This document shows positions 18,041 through 26,862 of a stretch of 64,000 bases of DNA, in pieces. The DNA comes from Candidatus Woykebacteria bacterium (GTDB lineage: Bacteria; Patescibacteriota; Microgenomatia; Woykebacterales; RBG-16-39-9b). How positions within the stretch are numbered: position 1 is the stretch's first letter; the number at the start of each line of letters is the position of its first letter. The stretch is taken from assembly GCA_040876265.1 (NCBI GenBank), contig JBBDPN010000001.1:118208-182207 (forward strand). Direction: 5' to 3'. The notes beneath the pieces are model-generated. The model was given only the letters and a program-made list of their open reading frames with translations. It was not told the origin of the DNA and searched no databases. The position numbers and the translations under genes are program-made.

Positions 18041-19183
18041 TTATTGGTTTGCCGAGGGGGTAGCAGAGCTGGTTGATTCTGTTGGTTTTGAAATTTCACG
18101 TTTTGCGATAGCGATAAAGACTTTAGTTGCGGTCATTTGCCCTTTTGTATCTACGCTGCCAACCGCAACAATTACATCGCCCACTTTGATGTCGGTAATA
18201 GTTGCAGCATTTTCTTGACCCTTGGTTTCTATACTTACATTCTTTGCAGCGACGACAGAAAATTCTCTATCGGTTTGAACAAGGTGAGTGAGGGTTATAG
18301 AGTTTCCATCGATCTCCTTAACATTTCCCAAGACCGCGTGTCTTTTAGCTAGTGCTTTCTTCACGACAACAACAAATTTCGCGGTTCCACTTGTATCGTC
18401 GTTGCTTATACCGACGACAGAAATTTTATCTCCAGCTCTTAAATTTTCTAAAGCTACCGTGGATTTTCCTTTGGTAGATATGGAGAGGAACTTGGTGAAA
18501 TCGTCCGTAAAGATGTTTTTTATGTCCCCTTGGGCCGTTTCTATAGTAAGAGTAGAGGAGCCTAATGCGGTGAGGGTTCCAAAGACGTGGGTTTTCTTGA
18601 AAGTGGTAGCGGCTTTTTTAAGTTCGGACGATTGTGTTGCGAGTTTATCCTTCAAGTCCTCAATTCGCTCTTTGTTTTTCTCCACAACATCAGTGGTTTC
18701 GGCGGCGACCAGCACTCGTCTGGCTGCAATTATTTCTTGAAGATAAAGCACATTTACCGTTGCTTGGGAACTTTCACCAGTCTTTTCATCAAAGGCGTAA
18801 ATGCTAACCTGTGTCTCACCTTCAGCTAAGTTTATTTTTGCTTCAAACCGGCCGCCTTTTGTCTCGGCGATTACATCTTCTTTGCCGCCGGTGATCGCCA
18901 CCACTGCGTCTTTTCCAGTTGTGCCCTCTACACTGATACTGCTTTCGTCAGTAACAACACCATCGGCTGGGGAGGTGATATTTAACAGGATGCCGGCGAT
19001 TTCAACGGTCGGAGCCTTTGCATCCTGACTATCTTTGGAAAAATTCTTAGCGATCATCAATATGCCAACCAAAAGAGTAATGAGTAGGAAAACAATGAAA
19101 ATTATAAGAAGCTTGGAAATGCCTTTTTGGCGTTCTGACATAGGAAACTTTACTATCTTAACTAGTATTTGTAGTCTAGTCAA
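18041..19183 (-). CDS. hypothetical secreted/membrane-anchored protein with Thr/Ser-rich beta-type repeats
   Basis: N-terminal TM helix. No enzymatic motifs. Confidence 0.45.
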   Translation of the reverse strand: MTRLQILVKIVKFPMSERQKGISKLLIIFIVFLLITLLVGILMIAKNFSKDSQDAKAPTVEIAGILLNITSPADGVVTDESSISVEGTTGKDAVVAITGGKEDVIAETKGGRFEAKINLAEGETQVSIYAFDEKTGESSQATVNVLYLQEIIAARRVLVAAETTDVVEKNKERIEDLKDKLATQSSELKKAATTFKKTHVFGTLTALGSSTLTIETAQGDIKNIFTDDFTKFLSISTKGKSTVALENLRAGDKISVVGISNDDTSGTAKFVVVVKKALAKRHAVLGNVKEIDGNSITLTHLVQTDREFSVVAAKNVSIETKGQENAATITDIKVGDVIVAVGSVDTKGQMTATKVFIAIAKREISKPTESTSSATPSANQ

Positions 19184-19302
19184 GTGAGCTTGTCAGTCGA
19201 AAATTTCTATGCTAGTATCGTTCTACCCATAAGTTATAACTTGTAAGTTTTGAAGTCTTGAGATATCTTAAATCTTACATCTTAGAACTTAGATCTGAAA
19301 AA

Positions 19303-19962
19303 ATGGATATAACTTTTCTAGATAACTCTTCATTTAGGATCAAGGGGAAAACAGCCGTTGTAATCTTGGATCCTTACGAGGATTTAAACGGTAAAAAATT
19401 TCCCAAACAAACCGCCGATATAGTGACGGTTAGTCACGATCACGAGGGTCATAACGCTTACCTTTCTGTGGATGGGGATCCAATTGTGCTTACAGGACCA
19501 GGGGAGTACGAGATAAAAGAAATAAAAGCAGTGGGTGTTCCTTCTTTTCATGACGAAAAGGAGGGTAAGAGCCATGGGAAGAACACCATCTTCAACATGA
19601 AGATAGACGGGCTCTCGGTTTGCCATCTGGGTAGTTTTGGACAAGGAGAGCTCACAACAAGCCAGATGGAAACAATCGGCAATGTTGATATTTTACTTAT
19701 TCCAACTGGTGGGGTGGATACTATGGATGCAGCAACTGCGACAAAAATAATTTCCGAGCTGGAACCGAAGATTGTTATCCCAATGCATTACTTGGAAGCT
19801 GTTGGACAAAAGAATAAGGTCGGGCGAGCGGAACTTGAACCAGTCGAGAATTTCCTAAAAGAGATGGGGTCGGAAAAAGCGCAACCACAAGACAAGCTGA
19901 CTATTTCTAAGGAAAAATTACCAGAAGAGTTGCAAGTGGTGCTATTACAAGGCAAAGGCTAA
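19303..19962 (+). CDS. metallo-beta-lactamase-fold metal-dependent hydrolase (UPF0173-like)
   Basis: HDHEGH metal-binding motif and an overall MBL-like pattern. The likely start is the Met at 19303 rather than the track start at 19258. Confidence 0.65.
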   Translation: MDITFLDNSSFRIKGKTAVVILDPYEDLNGKKFPKQTADIVTVSHDHEGHNAYLSVDGDPIVLTGPGEYEIKEIKAVGVPSFHDEKEGKSHGKNTIFNMKIDGLSVCHLGSFGQGELTTSQMETIGNVDILLIPTGGVDTMDAATATKIISELEPKIVIPMHYLEAVGQKNKVGRAELEPVENFLKEMGSEKAQPQDKLTISKEKLPEELQVVLLQGKG

Positions 19963-19985
19963 TAGAAGTCGGGGATTTGTAAGCT

Positions 19986-21338
19986 ATGGCAACTAAAACG
20001 AATAAAGAAACAAGTAAATGGATGACCGCTGTTGGTGGTAGGATACCGCCCCAAAGTATTGATGCAGAAATTGGGGTACTAGGTTCATTGCTTATCGATA
20101 AAGACGCGGTAGTAAAAATTGCAGAAGCTTTGTCAGCCGAACATTTTTACCAAGACCGCCATAGCCAAATATATAAGGCGATCCTTTCACTTTACGAAAA
20201 AAGGTTACCCAGTGATCTGGTTACGTTGACGGAGGAACTCAAAAAAGCCAAAAATTTTGAAGAAGTTGGAGGGGCCAGTTACTTAACCACTTTAGTAAAT
20301 TCGGTACCAACTAGCGGACATATCGAACATTACGCACAGCTTGTGCGCGAGGCCGCAACGAAAAGAGCCTTGATTAGCGCCTCTGGTACAATAAGTGAGG
20401 CTGCCTTTGACCCGGATGCTGATGCTAAAGATTTGCTTGAGTTTGCCGAGACAACCCTTTTTGGAATAAGCCAACAACACCTGAAGCAGAACTTTGTCCC
20501 TCTACGAGAAGCTCTAGCGTCTAGTTTTGATAGGCTAGACGAACTCCACAAAAAAGGCTCTGGTTTGCGGGGTATAGCGACAGGATTTGGCGACCTGGAT
20601 AAAAAACTTTCTGGAATGCAGACCGCCAACCTTCTGATACTGGCGGCCCGGCCTAGTGTTGGTAAAACTACTTTGGCGATGAATATTGCCGAACAGGTAG
20701 GGATAAATGAAAAAATCCCAGTTGGGATCTTCTCACTTGAAATGAGTCAGGGTCAGCTGGTTGATCTCATGCTGGCTTCTCAGAGCGATATTGATGCCTG
20801 GAAGATAACGACGGGTAATCTCTCGGAAAGTGACTTTGAGGCAATTTCGACAGCCATGGGTACTTTGGCCGAGGCTCCGATATTTGTAGATGACACACCG
20901 GGAATTAGTGTAATGGAGATACGGACGAAAGCCAGGAGGCTGCAACTCGAATATGGGATGCAACTACTTGTAGTTGATTATTTACAATTGATACGCGGGC
21001 GTAATTTGGAAAATCGGGTACAGGAAGTTTCAGAAATATCACAAGCGTTGAAAAACCTTGCCAGGGAGCTAAATATTCCAGTTTTAGCTATCTCACAGTT
21101 ATCCCGGGCCGTTGAGGCTCGTCAAGCAAAAATACCGCAACTTGCAGATCTACGGGAGTCTGGAGCGATAGAACAAGACGCCGACGTGGTGATGTTTCTT
21201 TATCGAGAAGACCCAGACCATCTTGAAAATATTAAACTCTCAGTCGCTAAACACCGTAATGGGCCTCTAGGAGAGGTGGATCTACGCTTTGTGGGCGAAC
21301 GCCGCCGCTTCTACGGCGTCGAAAAAACCCGTGGGTAA
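19986..21338 (+). CDS. dnaB: replicative DNA helicase
   Basis: DnaB N-terminal motif (DAEIGVLGSLLID), Walker A (ARPSVGKTT), SLEMS, and the RecA-like C-terminal motifs LSQLSRAVE and ADLRESGAIEQDAD. Confidence 0.9.
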   Translation: MATKTNKETSKWMTAVGGRIPPQSIDAEIGVLGSLLIDKDAVVKIAEALSAEHFYQDRHSQIYKAILSLYEKRLPSDLVTLTEELKKAKNFEEVGGASYLTTLVNSVPTSGHIEHYAQLVREAATKRALISASGTISEAAFDPDADAKDLLEFAETTLFGISQQHLKQNFVPLREALASSFDRLDELHKKGSGLRGIATGFGDLDKKLSGMQTANLLILAARPSVGKTTLAMNIAEQVGINEKIPVGIFSLEMSQGQLVDLMLASQSDIDAWKITTGNLSESDFEAISTAMGTLAEAPIFVDDTPGISVMEIRTKARRLQLEYGMQLLVVDYLQLIRGRNLENRVQEVSEISQALKNLARELNIPVLAISQLSRAVEARQAKIPQLADLRESGAIEQDADVVMFLYREDPDHLENIKLSVAKHRNGPLGEVDLRFVGERRRFYGVEKTRG

Positions 21339-22586
21339 ATGCTAAATTCCAAACTCCAAATACCAAATTTTCTAAAATCGAAAAAACTGATTTTCTTTGG
21401 TTTGTTGATTATTGTATTGGGCGTTGGTGCTTTGTTGATAAAAACTTACGTTGGAGACCTGCGGCCGGCGATTTTACCGCCGAAGGAAGATCTGCCGGAA
21501 ATAATTGAAAAGCAAAATACTGGTGAGGGAGTAGATTTTCCTCTAGAAATAGCTGGAGATTTCAAAATCGGCGTCTTTGCTAAAGACATGGGCAGCGCTC
21601 GCGATTTGCAATTCTCTCCTGGCGGTACATTACTAGTTTCCTCAAAAGAGAGTGGTACTGTTTACGCTTTGCCAGACAAAAATAAGAACGGTAAGGCAGA
21701 TGAAAAGGTGGAAGTTCTAACTGGTTTGGATAAACCGCACGGACTTGCGTTTTACCCATTCGACACAGCTACAGGTAAACAAGTTAAACTTTTTGTAGCG
21801 GAGCTGCGAAGAGTTTCAAGGTATTCCTGGGACGAAAAAAATCTCAAAGCAACATTTGAAAAAAAGCTTTTTGATCTGCCTTACAGCGGGGGACATAGTA
21901 CTCGCAGTGTTGTGATTGATAACGACGGTAAGCTCTTTGTATCCATTGGTTCTTCATGTAACGTGTGTGTGGAAGAACATCCCTGGCTCACAACGATTGT
22001 TGTCTCAGATACGCAAGGTAGCGACCCAAAAGTTTACGCCGAGGGGCTACGCAACAGCGTTTTTATGACGATAAACCCCGCAACCGGACAACTTTGGGCT
22101 ACAGAAATGGGCAGAGATTGGCTTGGCGATGATTTGCCACCTGATGAAATAAATATTATTCGAGAGAGTGCAGACTACGGGTGGCCTTACTGCTGGGGGG
22201 ATAAAGTACACGATGCCGATTTTGATCCAGAGGGTAAATTCAAAGGTAGATGCGAAAAAAGCGTTGCCCCAGCCTTTAAAATCCAAGCCCATTCTGCGCC
22301 ACTTGGTTTGATATTTATAAACTCTGCTCAATTTCCAGAAAGTTGGCAAGGAGATCTGCTAGTTAGCTATCATGGAAGTTGGAACCGTAGCGTTCCGACA
22401 GGCTACAAAGCGGTTCGATTAAAAGTTGACGGTGAAAAAGTAACTGGTCAAGAGGATTTCATCTTGGGATTTCTACAAGGTTCAAACGCTCTAAGCAGAC
22501 CGGTTGATCTCGAATTTGATAAAAACGGAAGTCTTTTTATTTCTGACGACAAAATCGGTGTGATCTACAAGGTAGTCAAGAATTAA
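21339..22586 (+). CDS. PQQ-dependent sugar (glucose/sorbosone) dehydrogenase-like beta-propeller protein
   Basis: N-terminal TM/signal. C-terminal SRPVDLEFDKNGSLFISDDKIGVIYKV resembles the YliI/sGDH family blade motif. Overall identity is weak. Confidence 0.55.
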   Translation: MLNSKLQIPNFLKSKKLIFFGLLIIVLGVGALLIKTYVGDLRPAILPPKEDLPEIIEKQNTGEGVDFPLEIAGDFKIGVFAKDMGSARDLQFSPGGTLLVSSKESGTVYALPDKNKNGKADEKVEVLTGLDKPHGLAFYPFDTATGKQVKLFVAELRRVSRYSWDEKNLKATFEKKLFDLPYSGGHSTRSVVIDNDGKLFVSIGSSCNVCVEEHPWLTTIVVSDTQGSDPKVYAEGLRNSVFMTINPATGQLWATEMGRDWLGDDLPPDEINIIRESADYGWPYCWGDKVHDADFDPEGKFKGRCEKSVAPAFKIQAHSAPLGLIFINSAQFPESWQGDLLVSYHGSWNRSVPTGYKAVRLKVDGEKVTGQEDFILGFLQGSNALSRPVDLEFDKNGSLFISDDKIGVIYKVVKN

Positions 22587-22673
22587 TGGTGGGCAAGGAG
22601 GGATTCGAACCCTCAAGGTGTTGCCACCATAGGTTTTTGAGACCTACGCGTATACCAGTTCCGCCACTTGCCC
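22587..22673 (-). tRNA. tRNA-Leu (anticodon CAA), type II with a long variable arm
   Basis: Manual fold of the minus strand: acceptor GGGCAAG/CTTGCCC, D-stem GCG/CGC, anticodon stem TAGGT/ACCTA with loop CTCAAAA (anticodon CAA), long variable arm, T-arm GAGGG-TTCGAAT-CCCTC, discriminator A, encoded CCA. Confidence 0.85.
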
Positions 22674-22692
22674 GCGAGGTTGATAGAAGGCA

Positions 22693-22721
22693 ATTATATC
22701 TAATTTAGGTGTGAGTATCAA
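22693..22721 (-). promoter_or_regulatory. sigma70 consensus-like promoter (TTGATA-17-TATAAT) driving tRNA-Leu
   Basis: Read on the minus strand about 20 nt upstream of the tRNA 5' end. Confidence 0.5.
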
Positions 22722-22825
22722 TGAAAGATGATAATGAGAAAATGTGGTGGGTAGACCGACGCAGCGGTAGTTGGTTTCGCTTCGAGGGTCTACCCAAGTG
22801 TGTCTTTAGACAAACCGCCTCCCTT

Positions 22826-23086
22826 CTAGTTATTATGGTTTGACGTTTGGCCAGTCAGAGACGGATCACTCAGCATCCGCTTGGCTTTATCCTCCTGTCG
22901 TTCACCGAGACTATGAAGCGCATAGAACGCATCGTATATGGCGTGGTTGATTAAATTCACGCCTTGCTCGTTGAGTTCCTGCGCTTGGTCTCGGCGTAAG
23001 CGGAGAAAGCGGTGGAGTCGGCGGAAAAGCTCCTCCTCCAAGTCCAGACTACTCCTATCTGAGATTTGAGCCGTTGGAGTGTACAT
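22826..23086 (-). CDS. hypothetical small protein in a GC-richer patch next to the tRNA
   Basis: ORF only. Local GC is above the genome background. Confidence 0.3.
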   Translation of the reverse strand: MYTPTAQISDRSSLDLEEELFRRLHRFLRLRRDQAQELNEQGVNLINHAIYDAFYALHSLGERQEDKAKRMLSDPSLTGQTSNHNN

Positions 23087-23195
23087 GCCCCATCATCTCC
23101 TTTCTGGACTTAATTTTACTATTTTTAGGCTCAAAAAAGCAAACAAGCGTAGAGTTGGTAGACAGCAGCTGGCAGTTTGTAGTAAATTTTTCTCT

Positions 23196-23756
23196 ATGAT
23201 TTCGGTTACAGAACTTAGAGCCGGTACTACTTTTAAAGATTCCCAGGGCATCTGGGAGGCAATTAAATACTCTCATACTAAGATGGGACGGGGAAGCGCC
23301 AGTATAAAAGTGAAAGTAAAAAATTTAAAAACAGGGACCATTGTCGATAAGACATTTACATCCGGTCAGAAGGTAGATGATCTGAGCGTCACCAAGAAGG
23401 AGGGCCAGTTCCTCTATGCAGACGGTAGCAACCTTGTTTTTATGGAGAAGAAGACTTTTGAACAATTCACTTTACCGAAAACAGCCGTTTTCCAGGCAGA
23501 AAAATTTCTAAAGGAAAGCGAAACTTATGATCTTACCTTTGCCGAAGATAGCGTGATTGGTGTTGAAATACCGCGAACAGTTGTTCTCAGAGTAGACGAG
23601 ACGGGACCGGCGATAAAAGGGGATAGTGTTTCGGCTGCTTCCAAAGACGCTACGCTCGAAAACGGTTTGAGCTTAAAGGTTCCGTTATTTATTAAAACAG
23701 GGGATAAAATCAAAGTAGATGCACGGGCAGGAAAATACGTGGAGAGAGTCAGGTAG
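23196..23756 (+). CDS. efp: elongation factor P
   Basis: MISVTELRAGTTFKDSQG ... KMGRGSASIKVKVKNLKTG matches the EF-P domain I KOW region. About 187 aa from the internal Met of track ORF 23079..23756. Confidence 0.85.
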   Translation: MISVTELRAGTTFKDSQGIWEAIKYSHTKMGRGSASIKVKVKNLKTGTIVDKTFTSGQKVDDLSVTKKEGQFLYADGSNLVFMEKKTFEQFTLPKTAVFQAEKFLKESETYDLTFAEDSVIGVEIPRTVVLRVDETGPAIKGDSVSAASKDATLENGLSLKVPLFIKTGDKIKVDARAGKYVERVR

Positions 23757-23765
23757 AGATAGAGG

Positions 23766-24206
23766 TTACCTAATCAGAAAAACTAATGCTGCTGCACTTA
23801 CCGCCACACCAGTTACTAACCCTGAAGCGAAATTTACGTTTACTTGTATGTGTTTGTGGTATTTGTTGAAGAGAGAGACAAGCGGTAGTTTTATTAGTGG
23901 AGTTTGGATATGACGCGAAAAAGCCATTATAAAATCTGGTAGGGTTGCCAAAAAAGCACCTAGGATAATTATTGCTTGACGCGGATCACCTTGGGAGATC
24001 AGAAAAACTAAAGCTATCCCAAAAATGTAATCGACAACTACACCACCGATCACCTTCTTACTAAAAGGCGCTTCAGGTGAGCCATCCCAGTGGGGAGTTG
24101 CATCCAGCACAAAGTGCGACGCAAAAGCTACCGGAAGAGCGATGGTAGGTTCGGGGATGGAATGAGCGATAGCTGCCCCAACGAGCAAGTGAGGTGTTGA
24201 TAACAT
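23766..24206 (-). CDS. hypothetical integral membrane protein (possibly YdjM/DUF457-like)
   Basis: Several TM helices. HxxxD-like segment FASHFVLDATPHWDG. Weak assignment. Confidence 0.4.
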   Translation of the reverse strand: MLSTPHLLVGAAIAHSIPEPTIALPVAFASHFVLDATPHWDGSPEAPFSKKVIGGVVVDYIFGIALVFLISQGDPRQAIIILGAFLATLPDFIMAFSRHIQTPLIKLPLVSLFNKYHKHIQVNVNFASGLVTGVAVSAAALVFLIR

Positions 24207-24308
24207 GTTAAGTTTAAATTTTACTTCAAATATGATAATATGTCAATCGCTTCGCGATTAGTAATTCGTTAGAATTAGCAAGCGCTTTGAGTTTAACAAA
24301 ATAAAAAT

Positions 24309-24932
24309 ATGCTAGCTGAGATTATAAGTTTTTTGGCAAATAGTTTAACCATCACGGTGCTCGTCGCTTATGTGTTTGCGTTGTGGGCGGCACTGGTAGC
24401 TTGGACTTGGATAGATATAGTCTCCCGAACCGATAGCCCGCTGTATCGTCTGGGAGCGATTTTGATAGTGGCGACTGGAGCTATTCTTGGGTTCGCTATT
24501 TATTTGCTTTTGCGACCAAATATCACCAAAGATGAAGTACAACTGCGAGAGATAGAGGAAGCACTACTAGCCTCCCAAACTTCCTGGCAAAGCTGCCCGA
24601 AGTGTAACTACCCAGTAAAAGAGGAATTTTTGTATTGTACCAATTGTTCGGAAAAGCTGATGTTGGAGTGTAAAAACTGTAATCGGGAAATAAATATTTC
24701 GTGGAATATCTGTGCCTACTGTGGGAGCCGACAAAGAGAGGAAGAGGTAAAGATTGTTATTTCGACAAGACCAAAACTGAACCTCAGGGAGACAGGAGTG
24801 GCAGTTTTCTCCAGCATAAGCGGCCTTTTGCGGAAATTGAATGAAAGTAGAAACAGTCTTACCAAAACTCAGAATGGGCCCGGCGCAAAGAGTAGAAAGA
24901 GCAAAAGAGCAATTAAAAGCAAACAGGTGTGA
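24309..24932 (+). CDS. membrane protein with a C-terminal double zinc-ribbon
   Basis: Two N-terminal TM helices, then CPKCNYP...CTNCSEKL...CKNCNREI...CAYCG (four CxxC pairs). Confidence 0.5.
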   Translation: MLAEIISFLANSLTITVLVAYVFALWAALVAWTWIDIVSRTDSPLYRLGAILIVATGAILGFAIYLLLRPNITKDEVQLREIEEALLASQTSWQSCPKCNYPVKEEFLYCTNCSEKLMLECKNCNREINISWNICAYCGSRQREEEVKIVISTRPKLNLRETGVAVFSSISGLLRKLNESRNSLTKTQNGPGAKSRKSKRAIKSKQV

Positions 24933-25959
24933 TGCTCTTCTAGTATCAAACACTGTCAACCGTTACTACCTATCTGGTTGGCAGGGCGATGCGGAAAGTG
25001 GTTACATTCTGGTAACTGCGAAAAAACCAATTCTTATTACCGACTCCAGGTACACCGAACACGCTACTAGCCAGACAAATGGATTTGAAATTGTTGAAGC
25101 AAATGAAGGTATTGGCCCGACCTTAAAAAAATTAGTCGAAGGCTATCACCTCTCTTCCGTTGGGTTTGAATCTCACGATTTATCTGTTTTTGAACACAAA
25201 AGAACAAAAGAATTTATTAAGCCAGTACAGTTGGTTCCTGTGGCGCATTTGATCGAGGAAATAAGGGCAGTCAAGGATGAAACTGAGATTGAAAATATAA
25301 AAAAGGCAATAGCGACCGCCGAAAAAGCCTTCAAGCATATCCTTACGTTCATCCGGCCCGGGTTAACAGAGAAAGAAGTTGCTTGGGAAATGGAGAAATA
25401 TATGAGGGAGGACGGAGCTGCGAAAATGGCTTGGGAACCTTTTATTGTGGCAGCTGGAACAAACGCTTCGATGGCACATTATGGAGCGGGGGAGACAAAA
25501 ATAGAAAAAGGGGATATGGTGCAGATAGATTACGGCTGTGTATATGAGGGATATCACTGTGATATCTCCCGAGTTGTTTTTGTCGGCAAGCCAACGGACA
25601 AACAAAAAGAAATTTACAACCTGGTGTATGAAGCGCAGAAAATCGGTATAGAGTTGGTAAAGAGTGGACGAGACGCACAATTGATTGACAGAAAGGTGAT
25701 TGATTTCTTGAAAAAGCGAACGCGATACTACTACAAACACTCACTTGGTCACGGAGTTGGATTGGAGGTGCATGAGCCCCCTTACGTGAGCAGCCGCCGG
25801 AAAAATAAACTGGCTGCGGGTAATGTAATTACGATAGAGCCAGGGGTTTACATACCAGGTTGGGGTGGAGTGCGAATTGAGGACATGATTCTTGTAACCA
25901 AAACTGGTAGCGAGGTGCTTACCAAACTCCCTAAAAAAATCGAAGAAGTAACTATTTAG
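24874..25959 (+). CDS. pepP: Xaa-Pro aminopeptidase / prolidase, M24B family
   Basis: M24 metal-ligand motifs DYGCVYEGYHCDISRVV, HSLGHGVGLEVHEPPYV and EPGVYIPG. The start is ambiguous (ATG at 24841 or 24874). Either overlaps the previous gene by 59-92 nt. Confidence 0.8.
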   Translation: MGPAQRVERAKEQLKANRCDALLVSNTVNRYYLSGWQGDAESGYILVTAKKPILITDSRYTEHATSQTNGFEIVEANEGIGPTLKKLVEGYHLSSVGFESHDLSVFEHKRTKEFIKPVQLVPVAHLIEEIRAVKDETEIENIKKAIATAEKAFKHILTFIRPGLTEKEVAWEMEKYMREDGAAKMAWEPFIVAAGTNASMAHYGAGETKIEKGDMVQIDYGCVYEGYHCDISRVVFVGKPTDKQKEIYNLVYEAQKIGIELVKSGRDAQLIDRKVIDFLKKRTRYYYKHSLGHGVGLEVHEPPYVSSRRKNKLAAGNVITIEPGVYIPGWGGVRIEDMILVTKTGSEVLTKLPKKIEEVTI

Positions 25960-26504
25960 TCATGTATTTTAAATGAATCGGCTACTTGAGTGCATAAGTT
26001 AATGAGGTCTTTATTATTGGGTGGGGAAGTGTGACAGTCAAATACTAAAAATTGGTCGTCTCGGATATTTTCGGCACCGTTTACATAATAAACTAGGGTA
26101 TGAGCGTTGTCCTGATTAACTATAGCTTTTTTCGCCGGTAGTCCAGAAAAAATAGCGTCAGTGAAGGTCAAGTTTTTGTGCGAAGGGTCTGCCTGGTTTA
26201 TTTCGTCCAATACGGCAATGATTAGCAGCACATCGCCGTCTTTAAATCCGGGTAGGAGTGTGTTTCTCTCTAGATCCAAGTTACCAATAGTGTGGTAATC
26301 CGTACCTTTTATTTGGATCGTTCTTGGTACTAAATTTGTTGGATAGTTGAAAGAAAATTTAATTGCTGCAATTTGGCCGGTGTACGTGCGCCAGCCTGAT
26401 TTTAAATCGACGGAATAATTTGTCCGGTTGAAGCTACTATAGACCCCAAATCCAGCCAGAACTATAAGCAATAAACCTACGATCACAAGTGATATCTTGA
26501 CCAT
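25956..26504 (-). CDS. hypothetical secreted protein (N-terminal TM/signal)
   Basis: ORF with an N-terminal hydrophobic segment. No motifs. Confidence 0.4.
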   Translation of the reverse strand: MVKISLVIVGLLLIVLAGFGVYSSFNRTNYSVDLKSGWRTYTGQIAAIKFSFNYPTNLVPRTIQIKGTDYHTIGNLDLERNTLLPGFKDGDVLLIIAVLDEINQADPSHKNLTFTDAIFSGLPAKKAIVNQDNAHTLVYYVNGAENIRDDQFLVFDCHTSPPNNKDLINLCTQVADSFKIHD

Positions 26505-26508
26505 TGGT

Positions 26509-26796
26509 TTAATTTGAGGACGATGGTGTAGCTGTTTGTGATGACTGCGTGGCGGTTTTTGCTGATGGGGTGGCCTCGGAAGAGGGTGTAGCTATTTGGC
26601 TGCTGTTGGTTCCTGTTTTGATTTCAACGCTTGGAACAGGAGTTGCGTCTGGATCATAAAAATAAAGAGCGGTTGTGATGATGGCTAGCATTAGAACACC
26701 AATCACGCTCCCCGCGACTACATTGCGCCAATCTATTCTCAGAGGACTGTAAACTACGGTCGGTTTGTTCTGGGCGGGCTCTTCGGGCATATACAT
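26509..26796 (-). CDS. hypothetical small membrane protein with a Ser/Thr-rich tail
   Basis: ORF with one TM helix. Confidence 0.35.
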   Translation of the reverse strand: MYMPEEPAQNKPTVVYSPLRIDWRNVVAGSVIGVLMLAIITTALYFYDPDATPVPSVEIKTGTNSSQIATPSSEATPSAKTATQSSQTATPSSSN

Positions 26797-26862
26797 TTAT
26801 TTTGTCCAAATTTGCCAACCTTGTCAATGACAGGTTGAATTTGGTAGAATTCTGAAGTCCAA

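Noticed and set aside
22744-22800. Second tRNA gene on the minus strand (9-bp acceptor-like stem ending CCCACCA)
   Set aside because: Only about 48 nt lie between the stem halves and there are no D, anticodon or T arms. It cannot form a cloverleaf, so it is kept only as a possible remnant.
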